Shown here piece by piece: positions 1 to 9,568 of a stretch of 32,000 nt of DNA; the first letter of the stretch is position 1; every line of letters begins with the position of its first letter. The DNA is from Candidatus Scalindua sp. (lineage in GTDB: Bacteria > Planctomycetota > Brocadiia > Brocadiales > Scalinduaceae). Location: contig JALDRA010000001.1 in the NCBI GenBank assembly GCA_031316235.1, positions 450,001 to 482,000 of the forward strand. The letters are read 5' to 3'. A model generated the notes under the pieces. That model saw only the letters and a list, made by a program, of their open reading frames with translations, ran no database searches and was not told the DNA's origin. The position numbers were made by a program, and so were the translations under genes.

Positions 1-477
1 ATCGGGTGTACTGTGAACCAATTCGATTCCTAATTTCCATATCCTTTTTCTCATAACGAGAGTTTTGAGAAAAGAAATATTATCATCCCGGATAACTTTC
101 TTTGTCCAGTTTATGGATATACCTGCCGAAGATGCCATTACCGTATTAAGCTGGCCGATAACCCGTTGATCATGATTACCCGCTATTACGGTGGCCGTTT
201 TTCCAAGAGCACAAATAGAGTCAATGCTATCTCTTTTATCAGCAGCATCAATGTCAATTGTATCGATAATCTCTCTTATTTCACTCTTCAGGAAAGAGTC
301 TCCGTCTCTGAGAAATCTTACGATAGTGCAGCATTCATTGGGGTTTACACCGTAGCCAACGATATCACCCAGGATAAAAACTCTCTCTATCTTCTCATTA
401 TTTCTGTGAAGTTCCAAAAAAACAGAGATCAGGGCTTCAATATTGCTGTGGATGTCTGAAATAACCAGGAATCTCAT
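1..477 (-). CDS. Metallophosphoesterase (calcineurin-like phosphoesterase), 3' end cut by window edge
   Basis: Absent from the supplied ORF track because it runs off the left edge. Reverse-strand translation from ATG (477-475) reads MRFLVISDIHSNIEALISVF...RVFILGDIVGYGVNPNEC...TATVIAGNHDQRVIG... It carries the D-x-H, GD and GNHD metallophosphatase motifs in order. The frame stays open to base 1 (159 codons). Confidence 0.75.
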   Translation of the reverse strand, partial: MRFLVISDIHSNIEALISVFLELHRNNEKIERVFILGDIVGYGVNPNECCTIVRFLRDGDSFLKSEIREIIDTIDIDAADKRDSIDSICALGKTATVIAGNHDQRVIGQLNTVMASSAGISINWTKKVIRDDNISFLKTLVMRKRIWKLGIELVHSTPD

Positions 478-703
478 TTTTATACCTTTGCCTGTTGTTT
501 TTTATCGTCGAAATGATGAGTAAGCTGTTTATGATACCAATGTGGCTATTAAAGCAAAACAGCTCAAAATTTCAACATTTTTCCTGACCAGAACGAATTG
601 AAGAAGGATTTGAGCGTTACAAACTTCGGTTTTTTTCCGTCTCTCATGCCGCATAAATAGAAAGAAACAGATAAACCTCTATCTTGACTGAACAGGTATG
701 CAA

Positions 704-759
704 TATTACCATATCTACATCTTTCCTTCATCGTATCTTAATGATTGCTTTGTTATATT
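704..759 (+). promoter_or_regulatory. Phased 4-hexamer direct-repeat module plus -10 box (putative response-regulator-dependent promoter of the RND operon)
   Basis: H1 704 TATTAC, H2 715 CTACAT, H3 726 CTTCAT, H4 737 CTTAAT (starts exactly 11 bp apart), an 11-nt spacer, then TATATT at 754-759. It lies about 75 nt upstream of ATG 834. The same architecture occurs at six other sites in the window. Confidence 0.5.
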
Positions 760-833
760 AATGACAACTCATTACCAGCAGGCTTTTATTGTTTACCGGA
801 ATCTTTTACCGGTGAACTTCCGTCAACACAGGC

Positions 834-2165
834 ATGTGCAAGCGAACAGTATACAATATTCTGGTTTTTTTATCTGTATTGATTTCAACAGGCTGTGCAT
901 CGCACTATCCGCATGATCATGCATACGTATCTGATTCAATAAACGACCGGACCGGACACAATCTTGGATCAGACAATGAGATGGATGGTTTCAGACTGCC
1001 TGACGATGTTTCTCTCGCAGGCGGTCTGACAGAATATGAAGCGGTTGCAATCGCTTTATGGAATAATGCCAGATTCCAAGCAGACCTTACTGATCTCGGC
1101 TTTTCACGGGCAGATCTGATAGAAGCGGGTATGATCAGTAATCCTGAATTTACAACGCTTCTTTCGACGGGGCCGAAACAGATGGAAGCTTTCGTATTTT
1201 TGCCGCTTGTGTCGCTATGGCAGAGACCATATCAGGTATCTGCGGCAAAACTCAGCGCTGAACGCGTGGCTGAAAACCTGGTCCAGAATGGTCTCAACCT
1301 CGTTCGTGACGTTATCATGACCTACAGCGATCTTCTCTTTGCACAGAAGCGGGTAACTATTGCCGAAGAAGAAAAATATCTTGCTGAAGAAATAGCAGTT
1401 ATTGTACAGGCTCAGCTGCGGGCCGGTGACATAAGCGAGCTGGAGGAGACTACCTTTCAACTTGAAGCAGCTCAAAAACAGAGGGATCTGGTCGGTTACC
1501 GGCGTGATGCCGCTCTTTTAGGTGCGAAGTTGAAAACACTCATGGGTATGGAGCAGGAAGAAAATACCCTTACGCTAACGCCTGCTCAGATTGATGATAG
1601 CCGGACCCTCAATCTTGATGAACTCCTCACTTTAGCATATGCGGCACGGCCTGATTTACGTGCGGCAGAGATTGCTATTGAAGAAGCTGGCAAGCGTCTG
1701 GGATGGGAACGCTCAAAAATTTTCAATTTTACTGCCGTTGCGGATTATAATGAGAGGGGTACAAGCGGCCCGGAATTCGGGCCGGGCTTCAGGTTTGAAC
1801 TACCTGTCTTTAACCAGAATAATGGAAAGGTCGCACGTTCTCACGCGCAACTGGAGCTGGCAATAAGAGAGTACCTTGTTGTTAAACATGAAATAGCACT
1901 CAGGGTTCGTGAGGCCTATACAAATTATCGTGCTGCCCAGAAAGCATTGATGATACTGCGAACCAGGATATTGCGCATGGCGGCAACTGAAACACGCAAA
2001 GCTGAGAAACAGTATTCAATCGGAGAAATTTCCTATCTTGATTTTCTTGGATTCAAGCGTCGGCTTCTTGATTCACGCTTGAGAGATGCTGAATCAGAAG
2101 CTGAACTGCGCCGGTCATCGGCAGAACTCCGGCACAGTGTAGGTTTCAGGTTAGATAGTGCCTGA
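834..2165 (+). CDS. Outer-membrane efflux protein (TolC/CzcC/OprM-type OMF), lipoprotein
   Basis: 443-aa ORF. The N-terminus MCKRTVYNILVFLSVLISTGCAS has a signal peptide plus lipobox (LISTG|C). The body is long, alpha-helical and two-repeat OEP-like. It is the first gene of an OMF-MFP-RND triad. Confidence 0.85.
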   Translation: MCKRTVYNILVFLSVLISTGCASHYPHDHAYVSDSINDRTGHNLGSDNEMDGFRLPDDVSLAGGLTEYEAVAIALWNNARFQADLTDLGFSRADLIEAGMISNPEFTTLLSTGPKQMEAFVFLPLVSLWQRPYQVSAAKLSAERVAENLVQNGLNLVRDVIMTYSDLLFAQKRVTIAEEEKYLAEEIAVIVQAQLRAGDISELEETTFQLEAAQKQRDLVGYRRDAALLGAKLKTLMGMEQEENTLTLTPAQIDDSRTLNLDELLTLAYAARPDLRAAEIAIEEAGKRLGWERSKIFNFTAVADYNERGTSGPEFGPGFRFELPVFNQNNGKVARSHAQLELAIREYLVVKHEIALRVREAYTNYRAAQKALMILRTRILRMAATETRKAEKQYSIGEISYLDFLGFKRRLLDSRLRDAESEAELRRSSAELRHSVGFRLDSA

Positions 2166-2258
2166 ACGGCAACCCTGTGGTTGCAACGAACCGGTTTTAG
2201 TATAATTAAACTGTATGATCTACAACAGATCGCAATTTTCCCCTGCAAGGAGATATTT

Positions 2259-3449
2259 GTGTACAGAAGTACGTTTTCTCTCTTTTTTCTTTGTATTATC
2301 GTATGCTCCTGCAGCAGGAATGAACACCCCACAGGAGCGCCGAACACCCCGGCAAAGGTAAGTAAGGGCGTCAATGAGTCGCTGCTCACAACCGTTACCC
2401 TTACCCCGGAGGCAGAGCAGCGTCTGGGGATAGAGACTGCAGTGACAGAATATCGACAGGTGCAGGATACTTTGAGGCTCGGAGGAGAAACCATTGCACC
2501 CCCTGGTCATCAAGCCGTCATTTCCGCCCCGATGACCGGTACGATTTTCGGGATAAACAGTAATGTGCTGCTGCCTGCCGGATCCCGCGTTAAAAGGGGC
2601 CAGGCCGTCATGAACCTGCTGCTTCTCACGCCGGAGAAAGATCTTGCAGGCGCACGTGAAGCAGTTACCGTCAAACAGACTCAGCTGGAGGTTGCACAGG
2701 AGAAGGCCGTGCGCACAAAGCAGCTTTTACTCGATAAGGCGACCAGCGAGAAACTTTATACGGAGGCACAGGCAGAACTTGACAACGCAAGGGCATCTCT
2801 TACCGCAGCTGAGGCGCAGCTGGATCTCCTAAACGGCAAATGGTCTGAATCAGCACCGGAAGCTGTCTCCACGTTTGTGTTACGATCCCCTGTTGACGGA
2901 GTAATACAACACGTTCATGTTGCATCGGGTCAGACCGTTTCTCCGGCTACTCTCCTGTTCGAGGTTATCAGCCTCGATCCTCTCTGGGTACGCGTACCCG
3001 TTTATGTGGGAGACATGGCAGGGATAGACACTCAGATGGAAGCAGCCATTCATCCCCTGGGAAGTACGGGCAGCAAAACCCCTTGCATGGCAAAACCCGT
3101 AGATGGTCCCCTTCTGAGCGATCCAGCTACCGCATCGTCAGACCTCTTCTTTGAGATATCAAATCCCGGCCTCGTCTTTCGTTCGGGAGAGAGGGTAACC
3201 GTTTTACTGAAACTGCTGGGTTCAGGAGAAAGATTGGTTGTTCCCTGGTCTGCTGTACTCTATGACATCCATGGAGGAAACTGGGTTTATGTGAATACCT
3301 CACCGTACACATACGCAAGAAGGAGGGTTGAAATATCCAGCGTTATTGATGGTCTCGCTGTACTGACGAGGGGGCTTAAAAGAGGTGACGAGGTTGTTAC
3401 TACGGGAGCAGCAGAGTTATTTGGAACAGAATTTTGGGTGGGCAAATGA
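2259..3449 (+). CDS. RND efflux periplasmic adaptor (membrane fusion protein, HlyD/CzcB type), lipoprotein
   Basis: The track ORF 2181-3449 opens with TTG. I prefer GTG 2259, which is preceded by AAGGAG (2247-2252) and gives (M)[18 protein letters not shown], a lipoprotein signal. The protein has a coiled-coil hairpin ([17 protein letters not shown]...[20 protein letters not shown]) and a beta-rich C-terminus. Its stop overlaps the RND start (ATGA at 3446-3449). Confidence 0.85.
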   Translation: MYRSTFSLFFLCIIVCSCSRNEHPTGAPNTPAKVSKGVNESLLTTVTLTPEAEQRLGIETAVTEYRQVQDTLRLGGETIAPPGHQAVISAPMTGTIFGINSNVLLPAGSRVKRGQAVMNLLLLTPEKDLAGAREAVTVKQTQLEVAQEKAVRTKQLLLDKATSEKLYTEAQAELDNARASLTAAEAQLDLLNGKWSESAPEAVSTFVLRSPVDGVIQHVHVASGQTVSPATLLFEVISLDPLWVRVPVYVGDMAGIDTQMEAAIHPLGSTGSKTPCMAKPVDGPLLSDPATASSDLFFEISNPGLVFRSGERVTVLLKLLGSGERLVVPWSAVLYDIHGGNWVYVNTSPYTYARRRVEISSVIDGLAVLTRGLKRGDEVVTTGAAELFGTEFWVGK

Positions 3450-6400
3450 TAAAATGGCTGGTTTCAACTTCACTCCGTCTGCGTGTATCCATCGTTGCAG
3501 TAACCATAATATTGTTGATTGCCGGTTCGTACACGGTGAGCAAACAAAGTTCCATTGACGTATTCCCTGAATTCGCCCCCCCCCTTGTCGAGATACAGAC
3601 AGAAGGACCCGGTCTTTCCACCTCCGAAGTTGAAACACTCATTACCATACCCGTTGAGAGTTCCATGAACGGTACCTCGTGGCTCAAGAAGATCCGGTCT
3701 AAATCAGTACTTGGTCTCTCTTCCGTCGTACTCTATTTTGATGAGGGAACCGACGTCATAGAGGCACGGCAGCAGGTCCAGGAGAGGGTATCCCGGCTTG
3801 TCAGTAAATTACCCTCTGCGGCAAAAACTCCCGTAATCCTCTCTCCCCTCTCCTCCACCAGCAGAGTTCTCAAGATAGGGCTCTCATCACAAAGACGGTC
3901 ACAGATGGAGATGACGACTGTTGCAAAGTGGACCATCAGGCCACGGCTGATGGCAATTCCGGGTGTTGCCAATGTTGCTATCTGGGGACAGCGTGACCGC
4001 CAGATCCAGGTCATCATAGACCCTGACATTCTGCATACCCACGGAGTTACCATAAACGATGTGGTTCTGTCTGTCCGCAACGCCACGTCAATCGGCGGAG
4101 GAGGATTCATCGACACACCCAACCAGCGGATTTCAGTCTCACACGTACTCACCCTGAAAACTCCGGAGGATCTTTCCTCTGTTCCGGTTGCTTTTCGTAA
4201 CGGGGTGACGCTGAAACTGGGTGACGTAGCTGAGCTGAGAGAAGGGTTTCCACCCCCCATAGGTGATGCAGTGATAAATGACGGACCGGGCCTGCTGCTG
4301 ATCGTCGAAAAAGAGCCGTGGGGAAATACCCTTGAAGTAACACAGAAAATTGAAGAGGTCCTCGATGCACTCAAGCCGGGAATTAAGGACATTGAAATAG
4401 ATTCAACAATATTTCGCCCGGCCACCTTTATCGAAATGTCACTCCACAACCTTAACAAGTCACTCCTTATCGGCTGTGTTCTGGTGATTATTATCCTGGC
4501 ATTTTTTCTCAATGAGTGGCGGACGGCCCTCATCAGTGTACTGGCTATCCCGACTTCACTTGTTATCGCTTCACTGATTCTGCACTACCGCGGAGGAACT
4601 ATTAATACCATGGTACTTGCTGGTCTTGTTATTGCACTCGGTGAACTTGTTGACGATGCCGTCATAGACGTAGAAAACATCATGCGCAGACTCCGTCTCA
4701 ACCGTGAGGCCGTCACTCCCCAACCGGCATTCATGGTTGTGCTCAATGCCTCACTTGAAGTGCGCAGTGCTGTAGTATATGGCAGCGTAATAGTCGTTTT
4801 AGTCCTCATGCCGGTTTTCTTCCTTGAGGGACTGTCCGGTTCTTTCTTTCGGCCTCTCGCTCTTTCCTACATACTGGCAATCATGTCATCCCTTTTCGTA
4901 GCCCTTACCCTCACCCCGGCATTGTCGCTTATTCTGCTGCCCGGGGCATCTCAACGCGGGGAACCCTCATTTGTAACATGGTTGAAGTCGCGTTACCGAA
5001 AAATACTTCCGGTAGTACTGTTGAGGCCGAAACGTGTTATCTCTTTTCTGGCCGGAGCCTTCATCTTGGCATTAGTCTCTCTAACCTTTCTGGGCGAAGA
5101 ATTCCTCCCCGATTTCAAAGAACACGATTTCCTGATGCACTGGGTGGAAAAACCGGGAACCTCACTGCAGGCAATGGAACGTATAACCACCCGCGTGAGT
5201 AAGGAGTTGCGTGCCATTCCCGGTGTCCGCAATTTCGGTTCACACATTGGCCGTTCTGAAGTCGCGGATGAGGTGGTAGGTCCGAATTTTGCCGAACTCT
5301 GGATCAGTATAGACCCTGAAGTTGATTACGATTCCACCGTAGCAGGAATACAGGAGGTAGTGGACGGGTATCCTGGTCTGTACAGAGATCTGCTTACGTA
5401 TCTTCGCGAGAGGATCAAGGAGGTGCTCACCGGTTCCAGCGCTACGATTGTAGTACGTATTTATGGTGACAACCTTGAAGTACTTCATGAGAAAGCCCTG
5501 GAAGTTCACGACACTATTTCCGGTGTGAAAGGGGTTTCTGACCTGAAGGTGCAGCCACAGATTATGGTACCGCAGGTAGAGGTGCATTTTCGTCCTGAAG
5601 CTGCTGCGAATTTCGGACTGAACAGCGGCATGGTTCGTGAAGCTGTTGGCTTACTATTAAATGGAATGAAAGTGGGAGAATTTTATGAAGACCAGAACAT
5701 CTTCGACGTTGTGGTAACGGGTGCCCCGCAGATTCGGGATAATCTCAGTGCCTTGCGTTCTCTCAGGATAGAGACACCTGCAGGGGGTATCGTTCCACTC
5801 AATGCTGTTGCAGACGTTGTCGTCGCCCCCACACCAGATAAGATTACACGAGAAGCCGCCTCCCGTTATACTGAAGTTACATGCAATGTACGCGATCGCG
5901 ATCTTTCTGGTGTGGCGGGTGATATTGAAAGCAGGATCACAAATATCCCCTTTGAGAGCGGTTATCACCCGGAGATCCTTGGAGAATATGCCGCTCAGGA
6001 AGCATCGAGAAACCGCATTATTGTTCTCTCAACTCTGGCCATTACCGGTATTTTCCTTATCCTGCATGTAAGTTTCAGTTCAGTAAGGCTCGCACTGCTC
6101 GTCTTCCTCGGTCTTCCATTCGCATTGATCGGAGGGGTGGTATCCGCATTTCTGGGAGGTGGTGTTCTTTCTCTTGGTTCACTCATAGGTTTTATCACGG
6201 TGCTTGGGATATCAGCAAGAAACAGTATAATGCTCATCAGTCACTATAACCACCTTCAAAGAGAAGAAGATCAGCCTTTTACTAAAGAGCTGATTGTCCG
6301 CGGTTCAATAGAACGGCTGGCACCTATCCTGATGACGGCCTTGACAACGGGCCTGGCACTCTTACCCATAATTATAGGCGGTAATCGCGCAGGCCAGGAG

Positions 6401-6520
6401 ATTGAGCATCCAATGGCAATCGTCATAATTGGCGGCCTGGTGAGCTCAACCCTGCTCAACCTGATTGTGATGCCGGTCATGTATTGGGAATTCGGTGCAA
6501 CAGACAGGGAGAGGAGTTAA
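3446..6520 (+). CDS. RND efflux permease (CzcA/CusA-like overall; substrate not assignable)
   Basis: The track ORF starts at TTG 3434; the first ATG is 3446 and gives [15 protein letters not shown]..., a typical RND N-terminus. The protein is about 1024 aa with two large periplasmic loops and 12 hydrophobic segments. TM4 reads [15 protein letters not shown]. The start is translationally coupled to the MFP gene. Confidence 0.9.
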   Translation: MIKWLVSTSLRLRVSIVAVTIILLIAGSYTVSKQSSIDVFPEFAPPLVEIQTEGPGLSTSEVETLITIPVESSMNGTSWLKKIRSKSVLGLSSVVLYFDEGTDVIEARQQVQERVSRLVSKLPSAAKTPVILSPLSSTSRVLKIGLSSQRRSQMEMTTVAKWTIRPRLMAIPGVANVAIWGQRDRQIQVIIDPDILHTHGVTINDVVLSVRNATSIGGGGFIDTPNQRISVSHVLTLKTPEDLSSVPVAFRNGVTLKLGDVAELREGFPPPIGDAVINDGPGLLLIVEKEPWGNTLEVTQKIEEVLDALKPGIKDIEIDSTIFRPATFIEMSLHNLNKSLLIGCVLVIIILAFFLNEWRTALISVLAIPTSLVIASLILHYRGGTINTMVLAGLVIALGELVDDAVIDVENIMRRLRLNREAVTPQPAFMVVLNASLEVRSAVVYGSVIVVLVLMPVFFLEGLSGSFFRPLALSYILAIMSSLFVALTLTPALSLILLPGASQRGEPSFVTWLKSRYRKILPVVLLRPKRVISFLAGAFILALVSLTFLGEEFLPDFKEHDFLMHWVEKPGTSLQAMERITTRVSKELRAIPGVRNFGSHIGRSEVADEVVGPNFAELWISIDPEVDYDSTVAGIQEVVDGYPGLYRDLLTYLRERIKEVLTGSSATIVVRIYGDNLEVLHEKALEVHDTISGVKGVSDLKVQPQIMVPQVEVHFRPEAAANFGLNSGMVREAVGLLLNGMKVGEFYEDQNIFDVVVTGAPQIRDNLSALRSLRIETPAGGIVPLNAVADVVVAPTPDKITREAASRYTEVTCNVRDRDLSGVAGDIESRITNIPFESGYHPEILGEYAAQEASRNRIIVLSTLAITGIFLILHVSFSSVRLALLVFLGLPFALIGGVVSAFLGGGVLSLGSLIGFITVLGISARNSIMLISHYNHLQREEDQPFTKELIVRGSIERLAPILMTALTTGLALLPIIIGGNRAGQEIEHPMAIVIIGGLVSSTLLNLIVMPVMYWEFGATDRERS

Positions 6521-6639
6521 CATAATGTGGTTTTACCCTGTATTATGCTGCAGCAATATTCCTTTTACATAAAATGAATTCGTGGTATTGTGACAGGACA
6601 CGAACGCCGGTCATGAAGAAAAAAGGGGATAATCCCCTG

Positions 6640-6694
6640 CATTAACGGTTGTTCATCCAGACTTCATCTTATCTTCATGTTTAATTGATATAAT
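6640..6694 (+). promoter_or_regulatory. Phased 4-hexamer module plus -10 box upstream of the two-component system (putative autoregulatory promoter)
   Basis: H1 6640 CATTAA, H2 6651 GTTCAT, H3 6662 CTTCAT, H4 6673 CTTCAT, a 10-nt spacer, then a perfect TATAAT at 6689-6694. It lies about 105 nt upstream of ATG 6800. Confidence 0.55.
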
Positions 6695-6799
6695 TGAGTC
6701 CATGATGTTTTTATCAGATAATCCTGATCGCGGATCTTGTCCACATCTTATCAAGGTTTTCGGACATTTGTGCCTCCGCATCAGAAAGGGATACATCAA

Positions 6800-7474
6800 A
6801 TGAAAATACTGATTGTCGAAGATGAAGTGAAATTGGCACGTTACCTGAAACAGGGTTTTGAAGAAAATTCTTTTGTAGTGGACCTTGCACATAATGGCAC
6901 TGATGGTTTACATCAGGCGGTACACGAAAGTTACGATATGATAATACTGGATATAATGCTTCCGCAGCATGATGGGATGGAAATACTTACTCGTATGCGC
7001 AGTGCCGGGATATATACCCCCGTAATCTTTCTCACCGCAAAGGATTCTATAGAAGACAAGGTAAATGGATTAAACAGCGGGGCTGATGATTATGTTATAA
7101 AACCTTTCTCTTTTCACGAATTATTAGCCCGTGTCCGCGTTTGTCTGCGAAGAGTATCAGACAAGAAAGAGGTAAAATTGAAGATAAACGGCTTGACACT
7201 TGACCCCATAGCACGAAAAGTATTTATGAAGGGTAAGAGGATAGACTTGTCACCAATTGAATTCTCCCTCCTCGAGTATATGATGCACCACTCAGGTCAG
7301 GTAGTAACACGAACAATGATTTCTGAGCATGTATGGGACTCCCATTTTGAGGGTTTCAGTAATGTTGTGGACGTACACATCGCCAAGTTAAGAGGTAAAA
7401 TAGACAAAAAACATCATAATAAACTCATACATACGGTAAGGGGAGTTGGCTATGTTCTCGAAGAACGCGACTAA
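6800..7474 (+). CDS. OmpR/PhoB-family response regulator (receiver plus winged-helix DNA-binding domain)
   Basis: MKILIVEDEVKLARYLKQ...MIILDIMLP... forms the receiver domain. The C-terminus ...VVDVHIAKLRGKID...IHTVRGVGYVLEE is a winged helix. ATG 6800 is preferred over the track start 6737, which would add 21 non-homologous residues. Confidence 0.9.
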   Translation: MKILIVEDEVKLARYLKQGFEENSFVVDLAHNGTDGLHQAVHESYDMIILDIMLPQHDGMEILTRMRSAGIYTPVIFLTAKDSIEDKVNGLNSGADDYVIKPFSFHELLARVRVCLRRVSDKKEVKLKINGLTLDPIARKVFMKGKRIDLSPIEFSLLEYMMHHSGQVVTRTMISEHVWDSHFEGFSNVVDVHIAKLRGKIDKKHHNKLIHTVRGVGYVLEERD

Positions 7475-8888
7475 ATTTTACCAATCAATCTGTTTTAAAA
7501 TTACGGTATGGTATTCAGTATCTATTTTCATAATATTGATTACAGCCGGAGGATTTCTGTATTTCCGATTAACGCATAAGCTGAATAAGGAAGTTAACCT
7601 TATACTCTTTGACGAAAGCGGAGAAGTATTGCAGGATATCATGGAGAAGAAATTCACACAGAACAGCTTAAAAGATGCGATAGAAATGGAAGCTTCTGAT
7701 GAGAAATACTTTAAGGTATCTGCAAGAGTGCTTGATATGGAACAGAACACCCTGATCACTTCAGCAAACTTTTTCGCACCAGACTTAAAGATTTCTGAAA
7801 GATCTATTGGAAATGCTGAAAAAGGTACGGTCACATTTGATACGATACGGGTTCAAGGCAGAGAATCTCCCTACCGCCTGATAACAAGGCCTGTATATCT
7901 TGACAACTCCCTGAAGTATCTCCTTCAGGTGGCTATCTACCTGAAGCCGACACAGAAAATAGTTGAAAATCTGGAAGAAAATTTCGCGATGCTGATACCT
8001 GTGCTCACGATAATCACCGTTCTTTGCGGATGGCTCATTGCAAAGCGGAGTTTAGCTCCCATCAAAGGCATAAACAAAATGACGCAAACAATAACGGCAT
8101 CTAATTTAAGTAAGAGGTTACACGCTACCCATACCGGGGATGAATTGGATACATTAACAGGCACCATTAACAATATGCTCGACAGGCTGGAGAATTCCTT
8201 TAAAAGAACAAGGCAGTTTTCCTCTGATGCGTCTCATGAACTCAGGACTCCCATTGCTTCCCTCAAAACCGGAATTGAAGTCACACTTTCAAAGAATAGA
8301 ACCACTGAAGAGTATTGTGTACTACTCATAAACAATTTAAGAGTATTAGAGAGGATGACCAGGCTGGTCAATGATTTATTAGAACTATCCAGAACAGATT
8401 CAGACGTTAACGTATTAGACATGAAATTGATCAATCTAGCCGATATCCTGAAGGATCAGCATGAGAAATTCATGCTGATATCGGAATCAAGGAACATAAA
8501 GATCCTCATGAACGAGGTACCAGACATGCATATCCTGGGGGATGAGGCTCTCTTGCGGCGTCTCTTCTGCAATCTGCTTGACAATGCCGTTAAATATACT
8601 TCCTCCGGAGACCATGTCACTATCTCTCTGGAAGAGAGAGGCAGAGAGATTTTCGTCCGTATTGAAGATACGGGTATCGGTATCCCTGAGACAGATCTTG
8701 AAAAGATTTTTGACCGTTTCTTCCGTGTCGACCCGTCACGTACCAGAGAAACTGGCGGGAGCGGTTTAGGACTGAGTATCTGCAAAAATATCGTAGCACT
8801 CCACAGAGGTACCATTGGAGTAGAAAGTAAAATAAACTCCGGTACTACGGTTACCGTACATCTTCCCAGAAATCACCCTCAATCCTGA
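7452..8888 (+). CDS. Sensor histidine kinase (2 TM, periplasmic domain, HAMP, HisKA, HATPase_c; CusS/PmrB-like class)
   Basis: The H-box is FSSDASHELRTPIASL; the N box is LLDNAVKYT; the G boxes are EDTGIGIP and GGSGLGLSI. Two hydrophobic segments flank a periplasmic region of about 130 aa. The track start 7446 is TTG; the first ATG is 7452. The gene overlaps the 3' end of the RR gene. Confidence 0.9.
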   Translation: MFSKNATKFYQSICFKITVWYSVSIFIILITAGGFLYFRLTHKLNKEVNLILFDESGEVLQDIMEKKFTQNSLKDAIEMEASDEKYFKVSARVLDMEQNTLITSANFFAPDLKISERSIGNAEKGTVTFDTIRVQGRESPYRLITRPVYLDNSLKYLLQVAIYLKPTQKIVENLEENFAMLIPVLTIITVLCGWLIAKRSLAPIKGINKMTQTITASNLSKRLHATHTGDELDTLTGTINNMLDRLENSFKRTRQFSSDASHELRTPIASLKTGIEVTLSKNRTTEEYCVLLINNLRVLERMTRLVNDLLELSRTDSDVNVLDMKLINLADILKDQHEKFMLISESRNIKILMNEVPDMHILGDEALLRRLFCNLLDNAVKYTSSGDHVTISLEERGREIFVRIEDTGIGIPETDLEKIFDRFFRVDPSRTRETGGSGLGLSICKNIVALHRGTIGVESKINSGTTVTVHLPRNHPQS

Positions 8889-9363
8889 ATGTCTTCTTTC
8901 TTCCGAGCAGACAAAGACAGGAGGTCTATTCAAAGATTAAACTGGGCGCTGCTTTTGGTTCTTATGGCTGGAGGGATGAAGCAGCGGGAATGATTGAGGA
9001 GAGACTGAATGACCTTCACATAAAGCTCCACAAACCATCATTAAGAATAAGGCTGGTTCCAGATGATAAGATTTTGGTAGAATGCCACAAATTTGGAAAA
9101 ATATTTGCAAATGCCTTAGACGAGAAATTAGACAAGAGAAATATATAACCAACCGAGACAACAATATCAACCAGAATTAAAGCACATCATAACATACCAA
9201 CATATCCTAAAACCAATTTCGTACGCAAAGCACGATATAATTGATCTCTCCTCACATATTTTATTTTACATTTAGATTTCCACTGTATTAGTTATCATAC
9301 AAAAAATTGAACTGTTGATTGTTTCTGGTGCAATGAACAGTTCATTTCTTTATGCAACAGGTT

Positions 9364-9419
9364 CATTAGCAATTTTTAATCTTTTTTTCACCATATGTTA
9401 ATGTTCAGTATGTTATATA
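9364..9419 (+). promoter_or_regulatory. Phased 4-hexamer module plus -10 box upstream of arnT
   Basis: H1 9364 CATTAG, H2 9375 TTTAAT, H3 9386 TTTCAC, H4 9397 GTTAAT, an 11-nt spacer, then TATATA at 9414-9419. It lies about 150 nt upstream of ATG 9569. Confidence 0.5.
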
Positions 9420-9568
9420 AATATACGTACGAAGTATTCATGGAAATCTCTATCTGGCAGGCACAGGCAGTAGACTCTCAGTTCTTGTATCACAAAGGTA
9501 CCTTCTCGGATTAACTTCGTGAGTTTTCGTCTTATATTTGAAAGTTTCTGTGTTCCGGTAACTTAACT

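Noticed and set aside
166-459. 97-aa plus-strand ORF from the track
   Set aside because: The opposite strand encodes a metallophosphoesterase with all three catalytic motifs. The plus-strand product has no recognisable features.
684-712. Sigma-70-like TTGACT-N17-TACCAT upstream of the RND operon
   Set aside because: The -10 box is weak and overlaps hexamer H1 of the phased module. I cannot distinguish it from chance in AT-rich DNA. It may be a basal promoter but is not supportable from sequence alone.
3733-4533. 266-aa minus-strand ORF (plus 4149-4370, 4585-4809 and others)
   Set aside because: It lies entirely antisense inside the well-supported RND permease gene. Its composition is low-complexity and Ser/Arg/Thr-rich, typical of antisense read-through.
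6625-6637. GGGGATAATCCCC palindrome downstream of the RND gene, considered as a terminator
   Set aside because: The stem is only 4-6 bp and no T-run follows on the plus strand; the A-run precedes it. It would look like a terminator only for a minus-strand transcript, and none is evident.
8937-9170. 77-aa minus-strand ORF in the HK-arnT gap
   Set aside because: It has no RBS, an odd Cys/His/Leu-rich composition and no motif. The plus-strand 52-codon ORF in the same DNA looks more protein-like, though it is also unproven.
9454-9470. Possible sigma-54 promoter (cTGGCAGgcacaGGCAg resembles TGGCAC-N5-TTGCA)
   Set aside because: The GG and GC dinucleotides are one base closer together than the strict sigma-54 spacing. 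The related element at 18660-18674 has no GC at the -12 position at all.
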